Below the pieces are notes generated by a model, which worked only from the letters and a program-made list of their open reading frames with translations, was not told the origin of the DNA and searched no databases. Below, piece by piece: positions 59,223 through 64,000 of a stretch of DNA of 64,000 nt. Every line of letters starts with the position of its first letter. Positions within the stretch are counted from its first letter, which is position 1. The stretch is from a virus: the IMG/VR virus record IMGVR_UViG_3300006141_000001. One strand, given 5' to 3'. A program made the translations under genes and the position numbers.

Positions 59223-59967
59223 ATAAGCAGCTACTTCTCTCCCAGTGAAAAGTCTTTGATGTATGCATATGTCCAAACATCCAATGCTTATAATCAACAG
59301 TCTGTTTGATCCCTTGCAGATAATCTGTCAGTCTATCACTCTGATACAATCCAGAACCTCCGTCCATTTGTCTAAGCAATGAAGTATACGGGCTATGAGT
59401 GATGACGTAATCTACTTTATTATCCAGCTTTTTAAGGTTGTCCAATCCTTCATCCATCTCTTCCTCATTTGGAAGTTCCCTTTCCCACCAGCTCACATGA
59501 TTGATCCTGTATAGAGCATATGGGTTCTTATCCAAAGCATTTTTCTTCTCTTTAAATTCTGGATCGTCCAGTTCCAATATACCTGCTGATATATCATGGC
59601 TACTTGCTCCACCAAAGGCAAAGAATGATTTGCCTTCTATATCAAACACCTGCCCCCTCATAAGATGGATCACTGAGGGGCGGATGAAATGCACATTTCC
59701 TCCGTGCCATCTCTCTTCTGGATATGCGTCTAGCCTGTCAAAGCACTCGTGGTTCCCATCGACAAACACCGTTGTAAACGGCTTATTATCCAGCCAGTCA
59801 AGCCAGTATTCCTCTGTCTTGTTTTCTCCCCTACAATCCCAAACAAGGCCAAAATCCCCTAAAATTATTACAATATCATCTTTCGTCATTTCCTTCTGTT
59901 CTGGGAAAATATCTGTTGAAAATCTTTGTGGATTTCCATGGATGTCGCCAGTAATCCATGTTGCCAT
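59197..59967 (-). CDS. Calcineurin-like metallophosphoesterase
   Basis: GDIHG, LGDFG, DGNHE, ITH, FGHMH. Confidence 0.92.
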   Translation of the reverse strand: MATWITGDIHGNPQRFSTDIFPEQKEMTKDDIVIILGDFGLVWDCRGENKTEEYWLDWLDNKPFTTVFVDGNHECFDRLDAYPEERWHGGNVHFIRPSVIHLMRGQVFDIEGKSFFAFGGASSHDISAGILELDDPEFKEKKNALDKNPYALYRINHVSWWERELPNEEEMDEGLDNLKKLDNKVDYVITHSPYTSLLRQMDGGSGLYQSDRLTDYLQGIKQTVDYKHWMFGHMHTSKTFHWERSSCLYEQIIRIL

Positions 59968-60033
59968 AATTATTCACCTCTTATTTGTTTTTGTTTCTTC
60001 TATCACTTCTTTCATAAATTCTATTTTCTCATT

Positions 60034-60399
60034 TTATCCATTCTTTCCTATAGTCGAACAAAAACTTACAGGTGAAATACTTAAACTAGAATTTCTACGA
60101 TAACCAGACACGTCTTCTGAAAACAGATGATATAATTTTAAGTAATCATCGGCGGAAAGACCTTTAATATCTGCATATAAAGTATCAACATTCTTCCAAG
60201 ACTTTTCATATTTTTCAACTTTATGCCTCATGTCTGCAACCTGTTCAACAAGCATTTGCCTTTCTTCTTTATAACTCTGAATCTCTTTATCTTTTTGGAC
60301 ACAAAATTCTGCAAGTTTCTGTTCCTTATATCTCTCCAAATATTCATCAATTGGATTTATTTCTTTTACTCCTTCTGCTATTCCGTTCTCTTCACTCAT
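60034..60399 (-). CDS. Hypothetical coiled-coil protein
   Basis: AAAGGAG RBS. Confidence 0.7.
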   Translation of the reverse strand: MSEENGIAEGVKEINPIDEYLERYKEQKLAEFCVQKDKEIQSYKEERQMLVEQVADMRHKVEKYEKSWKNVDTLYADIKGLSADDYLKLYHLFSEDVSGYRRNSSLSISPVSFCSTIGKNG

Positions 60400-60421
60400 T
60401 TAATTACTCTCCTTTCTTTAA

Positions 60422-60613
60422 CTAATCTACATAATCAGTAAATTCTTCATTGCAACACAAACATTTGACTGTTTGGCATTCTACGATTCCGCTTGGTAAA
60501 AATTCATATACAAACTGTTCGCCTGCTGTTGCATGAGATACACAACCTTGTTTTCTGTGTTTCTCTACCCATTTATCTATCTTTTTACTTGTTTCAAATT
60601 TTATTACTATCAC
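60422..60613 (-). CDS. Hypothetical protein
   Basis: 63 aa, C-terminal CxC; start uncertain. Confidence 0.65.
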   Translation of the reverse strand: MIVIKFETSKKIDKWVEKHRKQGCVSHATAGEQFVYEFLPSGIVECQTVKCLCCNEEFTDYVD

Positions 60614-60633
60614 CTCACATTCCCATATGAAAC

Positions 60634-60894
60634 TTAATAATGTTTTCCTGTTATATCAACACCATCATTCTTCTGTTTATCACTTCTACTTGCTAATATT
60701 TGATATTTTACTTTTGTGCAGTTATGTGGATTCCCTTTGCATTTACTAATATTCCATCCCCGTTCACACCAATATTGACCATTAAATCCTTCATAATAAC
60801 TGCAATGTCCACCCATTTTATTTTGTAGTTTGTCTGAATCGTGTCTTAATTTAGTCTTTCCCCATAAACTATACTTCCTCACTATGGCATCCAT
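60634..60894 (-). CDS. Cys-rich hypothetical protein
   Basis: 86-aa ORF overlapping the upstream gene. Confidence 0.6.
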   Translation of the reverse strand: MDAIVRKYSLWGKTKLRHDSDKLQNKMGGHCSYYEGFNGQYWCERGWNISKCKGNPHNCTKVKYQILASRSDKQKNDGVDITGKHY

Positions 60895-61162
60895 CTGTAA
60901 TCATTACAACTTTATCTGAATTTGCATCTTCAAATAAGTTATAAATATTCTTACAATAACAATGTTCTCCTGTTGTTTCTGTAAGGTTTGTTACATAGAA
61001 ATCATCATTATACTCGCTTTTAGTGTCACCAATTACACCAAAAGCAATAGCTCCTCTTTCTGAATCTCCCAGATAAATACCAATAGGCGTATCATCTGAA
61101 ATATTGTTATCATCACACCACTTCTTTAACTGTCCTATTGTTAATGGATTGCTTGTTTTTAT
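60869..61162 (-). CDS. Hypothetical protein (probable ATA start)
   Basis: GGAGGTGAG RBS precedes in-frame ATA at 61162. Confidence 0.6.
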   Translation of the reverse strand: MKTSNPLTIGQLKKWCDDNNISDDTPIGIYLGDSERGAIAFGVIGDTKSEYNDDFYVTNLTETTGEHCYCKNIYNLFEDANSDKVVMITDGCHSEEV

Positions 61163-61217
61163 AAATCTCACCTCCTCCAAATTCACTCAATAAAATAAGA
61201 ATTTTAACCACTTATCA

Positions 61218-61264
61218 TGTCAATATATAGTATTTATTGTGCTTTTGCATACTATATATTGTGC
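61218..61264. promoter_or_regulatory. Tandem NrdR boxes
   Basis: tgtCAATATATAGtat (61218) and ataCTATATATTGtgc (61249), both matching the CwAtATaTwG core, 31 bp apart. Confidence 0.7.
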
Positions 61265-61269
61265 GCATT

Positions 61270-61917
61270 TCAGTCTCTATGCCACCAGATATGTTGATCA
61301 AAGATTTCCGTCTTCACAAAACCATCTTCATAGTAATCATCACCTTCTTCCTCAGCGAATTCCGCAGGTGTTGTAAATTTTTCAATCCCATCAGGTTCAA
61401 GAATCACACATGCCTGTCCATCATCAATCCAATCAGTTATAATTGCTGGTTCGCTTCGCCACCAAACCTTTCTGCCAATCATTTTCTCTGCGTATCCATA
61501 TTCATTCAAGTCTAACAGATGCTCGTCTAAATGTTTTATTCTCCATTCAGCTTCGTCAATGCCTCCTCTGCAAAAATAGAAGTCTTCTCCATTTCTTGTA
61601 ATCATAGCACCACCGCTTGTATAACATTCTGATTCATCCCACTTATTTCTTACATAATTATGTGGTTCATATTTAATTCCCCAACATACTCCAAAGTCTT
61701 CACACTGAAATTCAATCAGATTTTCATATGTAGGACTCTCATCTCTTGGATACATCCATAAATCATTTTCTCCTCGTCTACCCCCGATTGTATGAACATA
61801 CCCCTTAATACTCACAACCTGATATGGTTTTCCATAAAGCATTACATCCCACGGCATTTTTGACATTTTAAGTTCTGATATGTTTGTATCTTTTTTAATC
61901 AATTTTATAATTCCCAA
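61270..61917 (-). CDS. Hypothetical protein
   Basis: AAGGAG RBS, 215 aa. Confidence 0.8.
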   Translation of the reverse strand: MGIIKLIKKDTNISELKMSKMPWDVMLYGKPYQVVSIKGYVHTIGGRRGENDLWMYPRDESPTYENLIEFQCEDFGVCWGIKYEPHNYVRNKWDESECYTSGGAMITRNGEDFYFCRGGIDEAEWRIKHLDEHLLDLNEYGYAEKMIGRKVWWRSEPAIITDWIDDGQACVILEPDGIEKFTTPAEFAEEEGDDYYEDGFVKTEIFDQHIWWHRD

Positions 61918-61950
61918 TTAGCTATTCTCCTTTTCAAAATTCATATATGT

Positions 61951-62253
61951 TTATATCATTTTATAAATACCTTCCGCAATCTCTTTCATAACTGAATCAA
62001 TCTTTTCTTTTGAAAGATTAGACTTCTCCAAAGCATTTAAAATAGTACATGGCAGTTCTGTCCATATATGATAATTTGCATTCTCTAATTCATTACTAAG
62101 AATCTCCGCATAATTTTCGGCAGTCCATTCGTCACTTTCTATAAATTTGAAATTCGGATCTTGAATATCAAATTCTTCCTTTATTTCTTCAATAGATTCA
62201 TTGTACACATAATAATATTTTCCATCGTTTCCAACTTTCCAATGCTTAAACAT
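61951..62253 (-). CDS. Hypothetical protein
   Basis: AAGGAGG RBS before ATG 62253. Confidence 0.7.
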   Translation of the reverse strand: MFKHWKVGNDGKYYYVYNESIEEIKEEFDIQDPNFKFIESDEWTAENYAEILSNELENANYHIWTELPCTILNALEKSNLSKEKIDSVMKEIAEGIYKMI

Positions 62254-62279
62254 ATATTCCTCCTTCAATAAAATTTGGT

Positions 62280-62495
62280 TCAATCAATAACTTCTAAGCA
62301 CTGTACTGGAATTTCACAACACAAATCCACTGTTGCGTACTCTTGTCCATCATCATTTTTCCATAAAGCAAATATTTCTTGTTCTGTATTTGCAAATCTC
62401 TCGTGCATACTTTCGCAAGTGCCATTATCAAATGTTAATTTCTTTAATTCGTCTTTCAGATTATCTTTTACAATTACCTTATCCCCAACTTTCAA
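62280..62495 (-). CDS. Hypothetical protein (SH3/KOW-like)
   Basis: MKVGDKVIVK start, AGGAG RBS. Confidence 0.7.
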   Translation of the reverse strand: MKVGDKVIVKDNLKDELKKLTFDNGTCESMHERFANTEQEIFALWKNDDGQEYATVDLCCEIPVQCLEVID

Positions 62496-62559
62496 TCTAT
62501 TTTCTCCTTTTCTTTATATTTTTTGCCATGAAAGAACGCTTTCAACTGTCAAATTCAAT

Positions 62560-62910
62560 TTAATTATTATTATTTGCGAACTTTTCATATAGTGATTTAC
62601 TTAATTTATAATGTTGATCATACTCAGGTGTACCAGGAATATGACTTACTCCAAGCCATTCAATCGGATCTTTTTTAATCGCATTCCAATACCATGACGG
62701 ATATCCCCACTTTTTCGATGATGTTTTATCGTCTTTGTAGTTCATTTGTTCCACCAAATCCGCTGCCACACCACCCTTTAATAAATTCTTTGTATCTTGC
62801 TGATAAAAGAAAATTATACTTGACTGCACTAAACAAGCCATTTTTAACTCTTCATATGGTACTTCTTTCCCATCTTTTAAATCTGCTATAATCTCACACG
62901 TTGCTCTCAT
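62560..62910 (-). CDS. Hypothetical protein
   Basis: AGGAG RBS before ATG 62910. Confidence 0.7.
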   Translation of the reverse strand: MRATCEIIADLKDGKEVPYEELKMACLVQSSIIFFYQQDTKNLLKGGVAADLVEQMNYKDDKTSSKKWGYPSWYWNAIKKDPIEWLGVSHIPGTPEYDQHYKLSKSLYEKFANNNN

Positions 62911-62981
62911 CTTTAATTCTCCTAAATCGTTATTTACTACTTCTCTTTTTTTAAATGAAATTTCGGTTTTTAAGTCCATTT

Positions 62982-64000
62982 TCAAGCACAATTCCCCAAA
63001 ATATCTAATACTTTTACTTCACAATCATTTGATGAAATACCAGCTACCAATGCAATCTGTTTCATCATTTCTTTAAAATTTGCCATAATAAACTGATAAT
63101 CAAATATATCTAAATTCGCATCCAAATCATTTCTGAGTTTATTGTTGTTTATAATACTCCTATCTACATAAACCTTATCATTTAATGCATCTTTTAATAC
63201 AACAATATTTGGTTCAACTATTTCTTCTTCAATACCGATAGATTCTACAGATACAGATTTTGTTACCATTAAATCACCGATAGCAAATACATTATGATCA
63301 AAACCTAAAATTCTGCTAATCATGTCAAATATCATTAATGCTCTACTTTCTTTGATAGACAACTCCGTATTTGATAAATATCCTGTAACTGATACTTCTT
63401 CTTTTAACTCGGAAATATGTAACACATTATCAGATTCCTTCATAGATTTTAAGATAGAAGTTTCTACATCATTACGACTTACAATAATTTTCAAATCATA
63501 ATGTTTTGCAATATTTAATTTATACTCATACTGTTCCACTTCATTAAATCCTATAAAGAATATTGGTTCCAGTGAATTAATAATCAAAGAACCTCTCTTT
63601 TTCATTAAATCTTCTTGCTTTATTTCTGGTACTTCTACATACCCATCACTGTGAGAATATGCTGCTTCATGATAAACTCGCCCACTGGCTTCCTTTGGTG
63701 CCGTTTGTAATTTAGGATTTATAGTAACTTCATTTACAATTTGCTCATTTTGTTTGGCCGCATCTTTTTTCAGATATATTTCATAACCTGTAAATGATTT
63801 GATATCTTTGTTTTTACCTCTCGCAATAGCAATTCCTTTTAGATATTTAATGTCATCTTCACTTTTGCTCTTGAATGTCATAAATTTGATGCTATTTTTT
63901 ACATTCTTTTTATTCACATAATGACCAAAGCAAGAAGCATAATCACTAATATTCTCTTCTCCGTTTACCAATAAAGATGTACAGTATTTTTCGACATGCT
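62982..64000 (-). CDS. Hypothetical protein, C-terminal part (5'-partial)
   Basis: Frame is open to the window edge. Confidence 0.75.
   Translation of the reverse strand, partial: HVEKYCTSLLVNGEENISDYASCFGHYVNKKNVKNSIKFMTFKSKSEDDIKYLKGIAIARGKNKDIKSFTGYEIYLKKDAAKQNEQIVNEVTINPKLQTAPKEASGRVYHEAAYSHSDGYVEVPEIKQEDLMKKRGSLIINSLEPIFFIGFNEVEQYEYKLNIAKHYDLKIIVSRNDVETSILKSMKESDNVLHISELKEEVSVTGYLSNTELSIKESRALMIFDMISRILGFDHNVFAIGDLMVTKSVSVESIGIEEEIVEPNIVVLKDALNDKVYVDRSIINNNKLRNDLDANLDIFDYQFIMANFKEMMKQIALVAGISSNDCEVKVLDILGNCA

Larger units (their letters stand above)
1..64000. mobile_element. Segment of a large temperate siphovirus (tail, integration, nucleotide metabolism and replication modules)
   Basis: Tail genes on +, integrase/xis/attP in the middle, convergent block of replication and small hypothetical genes on -; no host housekeeping operons seen. 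Confidence 0.95.

Noticed and set aside
59501-60103. 200-aa plus-strand ORF
   Set aside because: Antisense to the well-supported metallophosphoesterase gene, with no recognisable motifs

Overview
The whole window is an internal segment of a large temperate siphovirus of a low-GC Firmicute. The gene order is SPbeta-like; a Clostridia/Lachnospiraceae-type host is an inference. 1-20.3 kb (+): end of the tail module, with a very long tape measure protein (5' end outside the window), a Tal/tail-spike protein, a distal tail protein and a BppU-type tail fibre with YadA-like repeats and an S74 chaperone. 20.3-23.3 kb: a moron region with an Ig-like secreted protein. 23.3-25.1 kb: an intact attP whose core is the 3' end of a tRNA-Glu-like gene, plus a tyrosine integrase and excisionase. 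25-64 kb (-): early/middle genes. These include NrdD (LAGLIDADG intein at the catalytic Cys) with NrdG; a nucleotide cluster (two non-canonical ThyX-fold proteins, a guanylate-kinase-like protein, an NDT-like glycosidase, an HPr-like protein); a SleB-like hydrolase, LigA and dUTPase; a WGR-PARP with an adjacent TARG1-like macrodomain plus a second degenerate macrodomain; an HD protein; and a near-complete replisome (RecD2, DnaE, RecJ, primase, DnaB, Sak4-like ATPase, SSB). Best leads: the phage PARP/macrodomain writer-eraser pair, the paired non-canonical ThyX cluster, a ~275-nt structured antisense RNA with complementary kissing loops, tandem NrdR boxes upstream of the replication region, and a recurrent palindromic gene-boundary motif. 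All calls come from motif recognition by eye; no searches were run.
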